A stretch of 64,000 nucleotides of DNA from an uncultured bacterium (GCA_937903035.1 CALCZP010000004.1:84465-148464); one strand, 5' to 3'. Counted from the first letter of the stretch, positions 19,672-30,015 are shown. Translations and numbers: made by a program. Notes: generated by a model from the sequence alone, not told the origin.

Positions 19672-20478
19672 TTATAACAAATACCTCCCTTTTTCTTTTT
19701 GTATAAAATCTTCTTGTAGCAAATCTTCAAGTACTGATTCGATGGAATCTTTTTCTTTTTCCAAGATATTCACAAGCTGCACAACTGTCTTTGGGCCACT
19801 AATCAAAGCCTTCATAATACCTCCGCGAATCTGACGTCGAGATCCCTCAAATTTTGACTGCTTGATATACTGCTTGCTCTTGCGATGAACCTTACTACCC
19901 GTACTTTTGAGATAACTGCCGTAGTCCATAAGTGCCCAGTACCACGCTCGGGGATTTATCTTATCAACAGTTGCCTCAATACTAGGCATAAGCTCGGCAT
20001 CTGACACTGTTTCTCGAGTAGGAAAAAAATGGTGAATATACACCGTCCGAATATTAGTCTCAATTAACGCATCAGGTATATTATATGCAAATGCGGCGAC
20101 TGCGCGTGCAGTATACGGACCGATACCGGGAAGCGCGAGTAATCCCTCGATAGTTGTTGGAAATTTTCCTTTATGTTCACTGGTCACTACCTGTGCCATA
20201 TGGTGCAAAAATTTAGCACGGCGATTGTAGCCAAGTCCGCTCCATTCAATCAGTACATCACCAAGCGGCGCAGATGCGAGCTTTTGCACGGTTGGAAAAC
20301 GCTTCAAAAAAGACGTATACTTTTCAATCACGCGAGGCACTTGTGTCTGCTGGAGCATGATTTCTGAGACTACAATCCTGTATGGATCAGTCGTTTGACG
20401 CCATGGCAAGTCATGTCTTCCATATGACCTAAAGTAGGTGTATACGTCTTTAACGAATCTTTTTTGAGCGGCGTCCAT
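19672..20478 (-). CDS. HhH-GPD superfamily DNA glycosylase (endonuclease III / MutY-like, no Fe-S cysteine cluster seen)
   Basis: LPGIGPYTARAV helix-hairpin-helix followed by the conserved Asp region. The C-terminus lacks the CX6CX2CX5C motif. Confidence 0.7.
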   Translation of the reverse strand: MDAAQKRFVKDVYTYFRSYGRHDLPWRQTTDPYRIVVSEIMLQQTQVPRVIEKYTSFLKRFPTVQKLASAPLGDVLIEWSGLGYNRRAKFLHHMAQVVTSEHKGKFPTTIEGLLALPGIGPYTARAVAAFAYNIPDALIETNIRTVYIHHFFPTRETVSDAELMPSIEATVDKINPRAWYWALMDYGSYLKSTGSKVHRKSKQYIKQSKFEGSRRQIRGGIMKALISGPKTVVQLVNILEKEKDSIESVLEDLLQEDFIQKEKGRYLL

Positions 20479-21100
20479 ACTTGATGATCATACCCGTCAA
20501 AAGCGAAATCGCAAGGAGTACACCAAATAACACTCCAATTCTTGAGAGAAGACTGTGCTCAGAGCCACTATAAACATCACCGGTTGCCCACCCAATAGCT
20601 CCCAGATACAGTGCTCGTATAAAAATACCAATGAATGTTGAGACGATGTATTGCTTGGGTGGAATACGGAGCAATCCCGCTACAGCAGTAATGATCGTGT
20701 TTGGTAAGAGAGGGATAAATCGGAGCATAGTGATGAAATAGATCGTGGAAGAACGATGTACCATATCAACACGAGCTGCTTCGATTTTGCGCTCTGAAAG
20801 AAGAAAGTATTTGCCAAAGCGATGCAGTGCTGGACGTCCACCGTAGTATGCGAGGAAATAAATTACTAGTGAACCAATGGCGACACCAAGCGCTGATGGA
20901 ACCGCAACCCAAAATATGAGCTTAACTACTCCTTCCCATCCAAACGGTAGTTCAGAAAGGAGGAAAAATCCTGCACCCGCTTGTACTAGTACTGACGGTA
21001 TGACTACAATGATTTCTTCAATGATTGATCCCAGAAAAACACCAAGTATACCCCAAGCTATGATCGCATGTTCAATCCAAATGGTGAGTGCACTGAGCAT
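20450..21100 (-). CDS. DedA/SNARE-associated (TVP38/TMEM64) family membrane protein
   Basis: 216 aa with multiple TM segments and the DedA-like ...YFLAYYGGRP... motif. Confidence 0.75.
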   Translation of the reverse strand: MLSALTIWIEHAIIAWGILGVFLGSIIEEIIVVIPSVLVQAGAGFFLLSELPFGWEGVVKLIFWVAVPSALGVAIGSLVIYFLAYYGGRPALHRFGKYFLLSERKIEAARVDMVHRSSTIYFITMLRFIPLLPNTIITAVAGLLRIPPKQYIVSTFIGIFIRALYLGAIGWATGDVYSGSEHSLLSRIGVLFGVLLAISLLTGMIIKYGRRSKKIR

Positions 21101-21895
21101 TTAGTAACCACCTTTCTTGAGCCATTTACATGCATCCTCGTCACCTTTTTCACAACGTTCACGCATCATTTTGATCTGATCATCACCAGTGAACCCTTTA
21201 GATTCTTGCCATTCCTTACATTTATCTTCATCTTCGTATGGACACTTTTCGCTCGATGAATCACTTGAGACTGCAAATCCTACCCCAAAGCCAAACTGTG
21301 ATGGTCTGGTATCAAGTTTATTCGCATAGATTTGATATGACCCTGTGTCAGCACCTTCTGTAAGACCGCCTGGAGCAACATACACATACCCATAGCCATT
21401 TTTACCATCTGATTTCTTGTCTCGCGCAAGTGTTGCAATATATGGTTTGAGCTGTTGACTGAGTTTATCCCAGTTACCACCAGACAGTACTTCAACTTCA
21501 GTGATACCATCCTCTTCTTTTCGAGGATCTTCACTTACTACTTCATCCTGGAGTTTTTTCTGTGCGTATGCAGTCAACGGGATAAGTGACGCTAATCGCT
21601 TGTTCAAAAATGAGGTACCTACTTTCTTGTCTGATTGATAATCATACGCAACACAATCAGGATTACCGGCGTTTGGTTCAAGACATGCATCATTACCAAG
21701 ATCAGGTGCATGCCCATGATCATTTACATACAACTCAAGAGCGCTATGCATCTGCTGCACTGCCTGCATACGACTTGCATCATCACTTTTCTGACGGGCA
21801 CTATTGAGTGAAGCTACAACAACAGCGGCCAAAATACCGATAATAGCGATCACGACCAAAAGTTCAATAAGGGTGAAACCACGGTTTTTATTCAT
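21101..21895 (-). CDS. type IV pilin-like protein (prepilin-type N-terminal cleavage/methylation domain), Cys-rich C-terminus
   Basis: N-terminus KNRGFTLIELLVVIAIIGILAAVV is the canonical class III signal with G/FTLIE. Start placed at the internal ATG. Confidence 0.8.
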   Translation of the reverse strand: MNKNRGFTLIELLVVIAIIGILAAVVVASLNSARQKSDDASRMQAVQQMHSALELYVNDHGHAPDLGNDACLEPNAGNPDCVAYDYQSDKKVGTSFLNKRLASLIPLTAYAQKKLQDEVVSEDPRKEEDGITEVEVLSGGNWDKLSQQLKPYIATLARDKKSDGKNGYGYVYVAPGGLTEGADTGSYQIYANKLDTRPSQFGFGVGFAVSSDSSSEKCPYEDEDKCKEWQESKGFTGDDQIKMMRERCEKGDEDACKWLKKGGY

Positions 21896-21920
21896 ATGCC
21901 TATAGTGTATCAAATCAATA

Positions 21921-22421
21921 CTAATAAGGGTACTTGCGAAGCCCAAGCCGGAATGTCACAAGAGTCGCTATAGGATGAACAATATACGTAAACAGAATCC
22001 CTGCAAGTGCAAGCTGCCAAGAGATGATACCGATACCACCAAGTACAATACCTGTCATTACCATATAGTCCCCGTGGTCAATACCAATGACAAACTGGCC
22101 ATCACCTTTCCCCATTCGTCGTTTTATAAAACTACCCACCAAATGCCCGAGGTACACAAGGAGCGGTATTGCATACAGCATGGCATACGAGGTACAAGAA
22201 ATTGCATATGAACATACTAGTGCGACACCAAGACCTGGGAGTGTGGTTGAATCCCCGAGCAATCGACGACCGTCGCGCAGCAGTATTCCCCCATCAACTG
22301 GCACATCATAACGCGCGAGTGAAGACAAACGTGTCTTGAGCACATAGAGCAAGTTAAAGGCAATATTTGTCCCCCATGTAAATCCTATATAGAGCGCAAA
22401 ATGAAAAAAGGTTAGATTCAT
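21921..22421 (-). CDS. integral membrane protein, possibly DUF46/CDP-alcohol-transferase (CarS)-like; function uncertain
   Basis: 166 aa with about 5 TM segments and an Asp/Gly-rich loop (DVPVDGGILLRDGRR). The family assignment is weak. Confidence 0.35.
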   Translation of the reverse strand: MNLTFFHFALYIGFTWGTNIAFNLLYVLKTRLSSLARYDVPVDGGILLRDGRRLLGDSTTLPGLGVALVCSYAISCTSYAMLYAIPLLVYLGHLVGSFIKRRMGKGDGQFVIGIDHGDYMVMTGIVLGGIGIISWQLALAGILFTYIVHPIATLVTFRLGLRKYPY

Positions 22422-23710
22422 GGAAGAGTAATTTCAAGTGCAAAATGGTCTATACCACTGTTTCGGATTGCATCACCGATGACATTAATCGTCTGTGGTA
22501 AACAAGCATCAAGCACAACTATCACATCAGTGTGCCAGACACCATTCATCTGAACACTTTCTTGTATCTCGATACGATATCCTACTTCATCCACAACCTG
22601 GGCCTTAACTAGATCAGCAGTGATAAGTGTCCCTCGTATCACTAATGGCACTGCCTCAGGGAGACAGGTCTTCCATGGAACTTGCACGGGATGGTAAGTT
22701 GGATTAACACCTTTCGTAAGTGTTGCGAGTGTAGTGTTCGTACCAGCACGTTCAAGTACGACTTGTTTTTGTATTTTGTCATATCTGTAATAAGCTTCAC
22801 CTTGGGAGATCGGCGTATGAACATATGAGACAAGATCTCGGTCACTAGCTGATACGGTCCACCAGGCCGCAAGAAAAAGAATTGCAACTGCTGTACCCAT
22901 TCGACGATCCAGGTTACGTTCACTGAGGATAAACAGCATTAGGTAGAGTGACACAAGTGCAGCAATGCCAATATATCGGTTACCAGCACCTGTAGTATGC
23001 ATAGTAAAAAATAACCCAACCCCAAAGAAAGTAAGTACTATTGCCAATATAGTGGGATACCAACGAGTAGAAAGGCTATGCTTAAGTCGAGCACCGTAAC
23101 ATACTATCACACATACCGCTATTGCAACTGATGGTACAAACAGACCACCATCAATCGAAGATTTCACGAGTGAAAAAATAGCCACTGCATACAAAAGTGT
23201 ATGTGCAACAATCTGACGTCGTGTATATCCTGAAAGCAGCGGTCGAACACTAATAGCAAATTGATAAACGCTTTGAAATAGTACCCATACCAAAAGTACT
23301 CCACCTAGTACTGCGATAGAGGGTGGTACGAAATCAATATATGCAATTCCAGCATCAGTATTTACCACCGAGAGATGGAGCAGTTGCAAGAGTTTTCCAA
23401 TAAAAACTTTTGCAAGATGGATATGTGAAATCGTCGAACTCGACAATGCATCGCCTGAGAATGTAATAACAAATGCATCATGAGGAAGTCCAAGTGTTTG
23501 AATATACCAAATATGTAATAAAAGTCCGAGTAGGAATATGGCTCCAAGTGGGATATAAAACCATTTCCAAGACAGGCGAGTATTATTTTTTCGCGAAGGA
23601 ATAAGTAATGTGACAAAAAGTGCCACAACAAATAAAGCAAAAAGAATTGCCTTACTCGTACTCCTTCCCCCTGCAAAAAGATTTACGAATGAATGCAAAA
23701 TGAAAAACAT
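22418..23710 (-). CDS. large polytopic membrane protein with a C-terminal extracytoplasmic domain, between two pilin genes
   Basis: About 430 aa with 10 or more TM segments. No catalytic motif recognised. Context suggests a pilus or cell-surface assembly role. Confidence 0.5.
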   Translation of the reverse strand: MFFILHSFVNLFAGGRSTSKAILFALFVVALFVTLLIPSRKNNTRLSWKWFYIPLGAIFLLGLLLHIWYIQTLGLPHDAFVITFSGDALSSSTISHIHLAKVFIGKLLQLLHLSVVNTDAGIAYIDFVPPSIAVLGGVLLVWVLFQSVYQFAISVRPLLSGYTRRQIVAHTLLYAVAIFSLVKSSIDGGLFVPSVAIAVCVIVCYGARLKHSLSTRWYPTILAIVLTFFGVGLFFTMHTTGAGNRYIGIAALVSLYLMLFILSERNLDRRMGTAVAILFLAAWWTVSASDRDLVSYVHTPISQGEAYYRYDKIQKQVVLERAGTNTTLATLTKGVNPTYHPVQVPWKTCLPEAVPLVIRGTLITADLVKAQVVDEVGYRIEIQESVQMNGVWHTDVIVVLDACLPQTINVIGDAIRNSGIDHFALEITLP

Positions 23711-23727
23711 GAGCAAACGAAGTTGGA

Positions 23728-24378
23728 TTATTTTGATCCACCATCAAGACCGTAGCCGAACATACCATCCTTAGATTCAAATTTCTTTGCGTAGAGACGA
23801 TAACTTGAAGAAGTACCGGACGACTGTGCTCCTGGCGCTTCATAGATATAGCCATATTCACTACCATTTGCAGACTTTGCATCACGTGCAACGGCTGCGA
23901 TATACGGTTTGAGCTGCTGTCCAAAACGATCCCATTTACCCCCAGAGAGCGTGACCAGTTCAACCGGAGTATCACTATCTTCATTTACAGGAGTGAGCTG
24001 ACCAAAATCACCACCCTTTGTTTCCTCTCCTGCCATGGCAGGACCTCGCTGTGCATGCGCAGTCAGTGGTGTAAAGAGTGCGAGCGAAGAACGCTCTTGT
24101 GAGGTCAATGCGAGAACTGAGTCATAGTCATAGGCGATACAATCAGTATTTCCACTTGGTTCAAGACAACCATTGATACCTAAATCAGGAGCAACACCAT
24201 GATCATTGGTATACATCTCTAGGGCGGTATGAATCTGCTGAATCTCTTGCATGCGTTTGGCATCACGACTCTTTGCACGCGCACTGTTGAGGGACGCAAT
24301 GACGACACTTGAAAGGATACCGATAATAGCGATCACGACCAAAAGTTCGATAAGGGTGAAACCCTGTTGTTTTTTCAT
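23728..24378 (-). CDS. type IV pilin-like protein (second paralogue)
   Basis: N-terminus KKQQGFTLIELLVVIAIIGILSSVV. Start placed at the internal ATG at 24378. Confidence 0.8.
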   Translation of the reverse strand: MKKQQGFTLIELLVVIAIIGILSSVVIASLNSARAKSRDAKRMQEIQQIHTALEMYTNDHGVAPDLGINGCLEPSGNTDCIAYDYDSVLALTSQERSSLALFTPLTAHAQRGPAMAGEETKGGDFGQLTPVNEDSDTPVELVTLSGGKWDRFGQQLKPYIAAVARDAKSANGSEYGYIYEAPGAQSSGTSSSYRLYAKKFESKDGMFGYGLDGGSK

Positions 24379-24395
24379 ATGTTTCAAGTATAGCA

Positions 24396-24445
24396 GTCAA
24401 AAACACAAAATCCACCCTGGTTATAGGGTGGATTTTGTGTTTTTG
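24396..24445. terminator. perfect 22-bp inverted repeat TCAAAAACACAAAATCCACCCT-ggttat-AGGGTGGATTTTGTGTTTTTGA
   Basis: Read directly. It lies 10 bp downstream of the small membrane-protein gene and upstream of the pilin gene. Confidence 0.6.
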
Positions 24446-24454
24446 ACGAACGTA

Positions 24455-24607
24455 TTATTTGATTGGATTTTCTCCACGAATCAAACGAATAAGGATCATA
24501 ATGATCGCAACAACCAACAAGACGTGGATGAAGCTTCCAATAGTATATACCCCAACAACACCAAGAAGCCAAAGCACAAGAAGAATAACTGCGATAGTAG
24601 TAAGCAT
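24455..24607 (-). CDS. small two-helix membrane protein (50 aa), not in the ORF track
   Basis: Minus-strand ORF MLTTIAVILLVLWLLGVVGVYTIGSFIHVLLVVAIIMILIRLIRGENPIK, followed by the 22-bp palindrome. Confidence 0.4.
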   Translation of the reverse strand: MLTTIAVILLVLWLLGVVGVYTIGSFIHVLLVVAIIMILIRLIRGENPIK

Positions 24608-24634
24608 AAGATAAAAAGACTTATTGAATAATAA

Positions 24635-25282
24635 TTACTCGAGTGACAATGTATCCATTACAGCACCAAGTGTACGGTTCACGAGCCCACTATCGAACAC
24701 TTTGATTCCCTGATCAGGATCATAGTTTTCAATGTTGGTTGAGTGAACGATCTGCTCAACTGCAATACATGTCCCATTTTTGATCGCACGATAGCTGATT
24801 GTTTCGTAGTAATTGCCCGCACCAGCATCCCCAAGCATAAACCCAGTGAAGCCTTGTGGCGGTATCGGGAGTGGCGACTCGCCGTTTTGTGCCACCAAGC
24901 AATTGTTCACTGCAGTCTTGTCAGTACTTACACCGACAGTAATAATTGCATTTGAAAAATTGGTTGATGGCTGAAATGTGCGTGGAAGCAGTAGTGTGAA
25001 GAGCCGGACACCAGACTGGGACGAATTATTGCGCCACTGATCACCTTCTTTTACTTGCTGCACAACAAACTCACTGCCATAAGTAAAACTCACGCCATAC
25101 ATATCATCATGGTATGTATGAGAAGTTTCAGATAGAACAGGAGTCTCAACAATAGGTGCTTGCACTTCTTGCTTGATACGCGCTGTTTTTGATAGCGGAG
25201 CAACTACTGCGAGCAAACCACCGACAATAACAATCACTGCGATACTGAGTGCTCTATTCATTTGTTTTGTATGATGTTCCAT
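24635..25282 (-). CDS. hypothetical membrane-anchored protein
   Basis: 215 aa with an N-terminal TM segment. No family recognised. Confidence 0.5.
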   Translation of the reverse strand: MEHHTKQMNRALSIAVIVIVGGLLAVVAPLSKTARIKQEVQAPIVETPVLSETSHTYHDDMYGVSFTYGSEFVVQQVKEGDQWRNNSSQSGVRLFTLLLPRTFQPSTNFSNAIITVGVSTDKTAVNNCLVAQNGESPLPIPPQGFTGFMLGDAGAGNYYETISYRAIKNGTCIAVEQIVHSTNIENYDPDQGIKVFDSGLVNRTLGAVMDTLSLE

Positions 25283-25345
25283 GGAACAAGTAACGCTTTG
25301 TACTAAGCGCTCTCTATAGTGACGACCGAGCGGCCGAAACCTTTC

Positions 25346-25765
25346 TTATTTCTTTTTCGTAGGAGCTTTTTTAGTAGTAACCTTTGACGCTGCTTTAGTG
25401 ACTACCTTTTTAACCGTCTTTTTTGCACCCTTTTTGGCATCACCCATGATTCCCTTCCAATGCTTTTTGAGGGTTGCCGCAAATGCGACAACCTCATCTG
25501 CACTGATTTTGCCAGACTTCTGATATGCAGCAGATACCTTATCAACAATCATATTGTATGCAGACTCAGTCATATCCTGAGCATCCTCCATTTTTTCAAC
25601 GATTTCACCTTTCATTTTTACCATCCACCCCTTGAGCTTAGTACGGTTTTTCTTTCCTTCGGGACCGAAGAAATAGTATGAGATCGCTGCGGCAGCAGCA
25701 ACACTGGCACCAATGGCAACAACAGTACCGGTAGACACCCCTTTCTTTGATGATTCTTTTTTCAT
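25346..25765 (-). CDS. hypothetical Lys-rich protein with an N-terminal TM helix
   Basis: 139 aa. The C-terminus is a KKxxKK-type basic repeat. Confidence 0.5.
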   Translation of the reverse strand: MKKESSKKGVSTGTVVAIGASVAAAAAISYYFFGPEGKKNRTKLKGWMVKMKGEIVEKMEDAQDMTESAYNMIVDKVSAAYQKSGKISADEVVAFAATLKKHWKGIMGDAKKGAKKTVKKVVTKAASKVTTKKAPTKKK

Positions 25766-25814
25766 ATATGTATATTTCGTCTAACTGATAAACTGTACTC
25801 TTTATCTAAGTATA

Positions 25815-26054
25815 CTACTTTTTAGCTTTTCCGAAGAGAAAACGGAATGCACGACTATGACGCAAGTCGTGGATTAGATCCTTGGTATCACTACTGATTG
25901 CAGCGACATCTTTTTCAAGGATGGTGGTAATGCGAAGCACGCTTCGAAACAGACGTATCACATAGACAATTGCGATAGCAATAAGACCCCACAACAGCAC
26001 AAATCCAATCGTAGCAATAAAGAAGAACAGGTCTGCATGTATGAGTGTTTCCAT
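25815..26054 (-). CDS. small membrane protein
   Basis: 79 aa with one TM helix and a charged tail. Confidence 0.4.
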   Translation of the reverse strand: METLIHADLFFFIATIGFVLLWGLIAIAIVYVIRLFRSVLRITTILEKDVAAISSDTKDLIHDLRHSRAFRFLFGKAKK

Positions 26055-26060
26055 ATATAG

Positions 26061-26627
26061 CTAGTATACACGCTTTTTACCTATCGTACCCGGATCAATC
26101 AGTCGGAGCGCTCTGCGATACCTGCTCTTAATCGTATTAATAGAAAACCCTGTTTTAGCACTGATCTCCTCAAATGTCAGCTGTTGCTCCAGCCGAAAAT
26201 AGAGCACTTCTTTATATATGGGTGATAGTTTATCAATTGACTGCCTGAGGTGACCTATGCGCTCTGTAGTAATGAATTGTTCATCTGGAAGCGGTGCCGG
26301 ATCAGCTATGGTATCAATAAGTACATTTCCTGTTGAGCTATCAAAGTCTGATATAGTAGGAATTTTCTTTTTGCGCAGATGATCAAGTGCGGTGTGGTGC
26401 GCGATTTTGTATATCCACGGCTTCAGTGATATATGCCCACCAACACGCCCGATACTTCGCCATACCTTAATAAGTGTTTCTTGTACGATGTCATGAAGCT
26501 CGATTGAGCCTCGAGCAAACCTCCGACAAAAATAGTACAAGGGCTTGGTATAGCGTTTAACAAGCGTTTCAAACGCCTCCTCATCACCAGACCGGTACGC
26601 CACAACAAGTTGCTCATCGGTTTCCAT
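26061..26627 (-). CDS. ECF-type RNA polymerase sigma-70 factor
   Basis: Sigma-70 region 2 (HDIVQETLIKVWR) and region 4 (LTFEEISAKTGFSINTIKSRYRRAL). Confidence 0.85.
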   Translation of the reverse strand: METDEQLVVAYRSGDEEAFETLVKRYTKPLYYFCRRFARGSIELHDIVQETLIKVWRSIGRVGGHISLKPWIYKIAHHTALDHLRKKKIPTISDFDSSTGNVLIDTIADPAPLPDEQFITTERIGHLRQSIDKLSPIYKEVLYFRLEQQLTFEEISAKTGFSINTIKSRYRRALRLIDPGTIGKKRVY

Positions 26628-26664
26628 ATACACAGTATACGCGAGAAAGATCTAGTGTACTGCT

Positions 26665-27366
26665 TTATTGCATAATGCGATGTGCAATAATGACTGCGTC
26701 GATCGCAAGGGTGTCATCAACACTTGCGATGAATGGCAAGTTTGGAACAGCGAGACTAAAATCACTGCGCTTGATCATGCCATGTGCAGTACCGCGCACT
26801 GTGTCGTCAGTGATGGTCGCATCAACAGCGAGTGCAACTGGTTTGGTTACTCCTGCGATAGTCATGTCCCCGTTTACGGTAAATGTTGCCTTGCCATTTG
26901 TTCCTTCTTTGAAGTTTGAAATACCTGTTGAAGCAAACGTGATGAATTCATTACCTGCTGTTTCTGATTTGAGGATAAATCGCGCAATTGCACCGTCGCG
27001 CTTTGCGTCATCTGTTTTAAAGGTCTTAGCATTGACCTTGATCTCTCCAAATGAATAGCTTGGCGCAGCCTTGGCATTATCAGGATCAGTCTTTACCAAA
27101 ATATCACCCCCGACTTCTGACGTCGTACCAACAGCAGTGAATGGCTTGTCGCGGAGTATTTCCTTGATACTAAATGATACCTTTGATTCATCTTGTGAAA
27201 TACGGTAAATATGCGTGTTTGGATCAGCGATCGTACCTGCTGGCATTTTCTGAGAGACAGTTGCAATGCCCTCAGTTGGCACTGTTGCAGGACGAGTTGC
27301 ATAGAGGAATCCTGCCGTACAAAGAATAACGATTATCCCGATAATAGTAATAGTTTTTTGACTCAT
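26665..27366 (-). CDS. YceI-like family protein, membrane anchored
   Basis: FTVNGDMTIAGVTKPVAL, a typical YceI beta-barrel motif. Confidence 0.75.
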   Translation of the reverse strand: MSQKTITIIGIIVILCTAGFLYATRPATVPTEGIATVSQKMPAGTIADPNTHIYRISQDESKVSFSIKEILRDKPFTAVGTTSEVGGDILVKTDPDNAKAAPSYSFGEIKVNAKTFKTDDAKRDGAIARFILKSETAGNEFITFASTGISNFKEGTNGKATFTVNGDMTIAGVTKPVALAVDATITDDTVRGTAHGMIKRSDFSLAVPNLPFIASVDDTLAIDAVIIAHRIMQ

Positions 27367-27420
27367 GGTAGTGAAATATTATGCTTGTAATGCGATACTG
27401 CTCAGTATACTATATCGACT

Positions 27421-28053
27421 ATGAAGAAACTTATCTTTTTTGATTTGGATGGCACCCTTATTCCTGGTAACAGCTGGTATCAGTTCAACCTGTATTTCGG
27501 CATGTCTGAGACCGAGGACAAGGTACTTCTGGATTGGTATACACGAGGACTCATCACCTATGATGAATGGGACAATTTGATCGTAAAGATATTGGGTGAA
27601 AAAAATCAAATCACCAAAGACAAAGTGAGTGAATTTGTACAAACCATTGAACCCCGTACTGACGCCAAAGATGTCATCACGAAATGCAAAGAACTCGGAT
27701 ACACGACGATCATTCTCTCAGGTACGATGGAACAGATTGCCGAAAGTGTCCGCGAGCGACTTGAGGCAGATCATTCATACACGACCTCAACAATTGTCTT
27801 TCACGAAGACGGCACATTTAAAGATATTGCAAACGACAAGGACGAAGCTCCTGCAAAGCTCCGTATCTTTGAACGTATTTGTACTGAACATGGCGTGACA
27901 CCAGAAGATACGATATGTATTGGCGATAGTGGCAACGACATCGCAATGTTTCAGAAAAGTAAAAAAGCTGTTCTCATCGGCAATTATGAAAAACTCAAAC
28001 CATTTGCCTGGAACCAAATCACCGAACTTTCTGAGATAATCCCGCTTCTATAA
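27421..28053 (+). CDS. HAD-superfamily hydrolase (phosphoserine-phosphatase-like, subfamily IB)
   Basis: FFDLDGTL motif I and GDSGNDIAM motif IV. Confidence 0.8.
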   Translation: MKKLIFFDLDGTLIPGNSWYQFNLYFGMSETEDKVLLDWYTRGLITYDEWDNLIVKILGEKNQITKDKVSEFVQTIEPRTDAKDVITKCKELGYTTIILSGTMEQIAESVRERLEADHSYTTSTIVFHEDGTFKDIANDKDEAPAKLRIFERICTEHGVTPEDTICIGDSGNDIAMFQKSKKAVLIGNYEKLKPFAWNQITELSEIIPLL

Positions 28054-28279
28054 TTTCTGCTTTTTCTTCCCTTTTCAGACGCTTAAGTTCTGCTTCACGA
28101 GCGCGGGCTTCGGCAAGCGTTGCGACTTCTTCATGATACTTGAGCACGACAGGACGACGAATTTTGGTGTAATGGGCACCTGACTTTGCATGATTGTGCT
28201 GATGCACGCGACGCTCAAGATTATTGGTGGAGCCGACGTAATAGGTCTTGTCAGCACACTCTAGAATATAGACAAACAT
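28019..28279 (-). CDS. GIY-YIG nuclease family protein (UPF0213-like)
   Basis: YILECADKTYYVGSTNNLERRVHQH is the canonical GIY-YIG. Start placed at the internal Met. Confidence 0.8.
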   Translation of the reverse strand: MFVYILECADKTYYVGSTNNLERRVHQHNHAKSGAHYTKIRRPVVLKYHEEVATLAEARAREAELKRLKREEKAEIIEAGLSQKVR

Positions 28280-28352
28280 GAATAGTGCGAGTGTACACTT
28301 TATTATGTATTGAAACAAACCGTTTCAAATATTTTTTAATGTTCCGGGCAAA

Positions 28353-28655
28353 TTATTCAGTAGCAAATGGTACATCTCCACACTTACTAGTGTGTTTCCA
28401 CAAAGTACTGTATATCGCATCGATTCCAGGCTCTTTTACTGTGAACTCTCTTCCATCAATAAGTTTGATGGATACATCTAAGCTATGCGCTTGTGCTCCA
28501 GAAGCAATTTCACAATTTTCTGCAAACCGCTCTACATCCTGCCATGTGTAATTATTACTTTTGATTAAAGACCTGCTTTCCTGGTATTGAATAATATTTA
28601 AAAAGATTGAGCCAGTAAGTAAAAGGAGGGGTATTATTAAGATTTTTTTATTCAT
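28353..28655 (-). CDS. hypothetical secreted protein
   Basis: 100 aa with a signal-peptide-like N-terminus. Confidence 0.4.
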   Translation of the reverse strand: MNKKILIIPLLLLTGSIFLNIIQYQESRSLIKSNNYTWQDVERFAENCEIASGAQAHSLDVSIKLIDGREFTVKEPGIDAIYSTLWKHTSKCGDVPFATE

Positions 28656-28709
28656 ATTTTTATTTTATCATTATTAATTTAATTCTAACATTCGTAAGAT
28701 GCTAGAGAC

Positions 28710-29966
28710 CTAAACATTTGAACCTGCGACGTAGCCGGTTGTCCAACAAAGCTGGAGTGAGTAGCCACCTGATGGTCGGTTTACATGGAGCAAGTCTCCG
28801 GTGACATAGAGATTGCCGATTTTCTTAGATTGCATGGTGCGTGTATCAATCTCGGTGAGTGGTACACCACCATCAGCAACGACTGCTCGGTCGTACCCCA
28901 TGAGTCCGATAATATTTATTGGGAGTGCCTTGAGTGTATCAACGAGGATTTTGCGCTCGCCTTTGGTGACGCTGTGTACCTTGCCATCAAAATTAATCTC
29001 TCGATCAAGGAGAAGCTTGATACCTGGCGCCATACCTTCAGGTACGACTTCACGCAAAATGTTTTTGAGTAATTTGTTTTTGTTCGCATCAAAGACACTG
29101 ATGATCCGTGACTCAAGTGCGCCACTATCAGTATCAGGGTACGCATCAATGCGCGCAGTGACTTGGCCGCTTTCGAGCAGTCCGCCAACTTCACCAGCAG
29201 CGTTCAGTATGAGCGGTCCCGACAGACCAAAATGGGTAAAGAGCACCTTGCCGACTTTAGTGATCTTTTTCTTGCCATCAAGGTAGATATTAATACGCAT
29301 GAACGAAAGCGAAATACCTGACAGTATATGTATCCATGTGTCAGACACCGCAAGTGGCACAATAGTTGGTGTTGGGTCTTTGACCGTATGCCCGAGATCT
29401 CGAAGCCACCCAAAGCCATCTCCTGTTGATCCTGTTTCAGGATGCGACACGCCACCAGTCGCAAGAATAATATTATCAGCAGTAAATGTGCCCGCTGTAG
29501 TGATCACCTCAGTGATGCGACCAGCCTTGGTATTCATCTGCTTGACCATCGTTCCTGTCTGAAGCACAACCTTTCCATCCTGCATATGACGACGCAGTAC
29601 CTCAACTACATCTGATGCTTTTTCGGTATGTGGAAATGCACGATTGCGTGCTTGTACGACAAGTGGCAAATTAAGAGATTCAAAATACGTGAACGTATCC
29701 TTGACCCCAAATTGTGAAAACGGTGAATGCAAAAAGTCAGCAGCACTTCCGTAGTGCGACAAGAGCTTGCGCATGTCGTACTCAGCGTTCGTGATATTGC
29801 AGCGCCCTCCGCCACTGATGGAGAGTTTTGCACCGAGCTTTTTATTTTTCTCGATGAGCAAAACTTTCTTGCCGCGATGTGCTGCAGTCGCAGCTGCCAT
29901 CATCCCCGATGCACCACCACCGATCACGATGACATCATATGAAGTTGTGGATGGTTTGGTCGACAT
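28710..29966 (-). CDS. HI0933-like FAD-dependent flavoprotein (BaiN / aminoacetone oxidase family)
   Basis: YDVIVIGGGASGMMAA dinucleotide-binding motif and GGGRCNITN, characteristic of the HI0933 family. Confidence 0.85.
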   Translation of the reverse strand: MSTKPSTTSYDVIVIGGGASGMMAAATAAHRGKKVLLIEKNKKLGAKLSISGGGRCNITNAEYDMRKLLSHYGSAADFLHSPFSQFGVKDTFTYFESLNLPLVVQARNRAFPHTEKASDVVEVLRRHMQDGKVVLQTGTMVKQMNTKAGRITEVITTAGTFTADNIILATGGVSHPETGSTGDGFGWLRDLGHTVKDPTPTIVPLAVSDTWIHILSGISLSFMRINIYLDGKKKITKVGKVLFTHFGLSGPLILNAAGEVGGLLESGQVTARIDAYPDTDSGALESRIISVFDANKNKLLKNILREVVPEGMAPGIKLLLDREINFDGKVHSVTKGERKILVDTLKALPINIIGLMGYDRAVVADGGVPLTEIDTRTMQSKKIGNLYVTGDLLHVNRPSGGYSLQLCWTTGYVAGSNV

Positions 29967-30015
29967 GGTGAGGATTGCAAAAAGTCCACGATCGTGGACT
30001 TTTTGTTTTTTGAAA

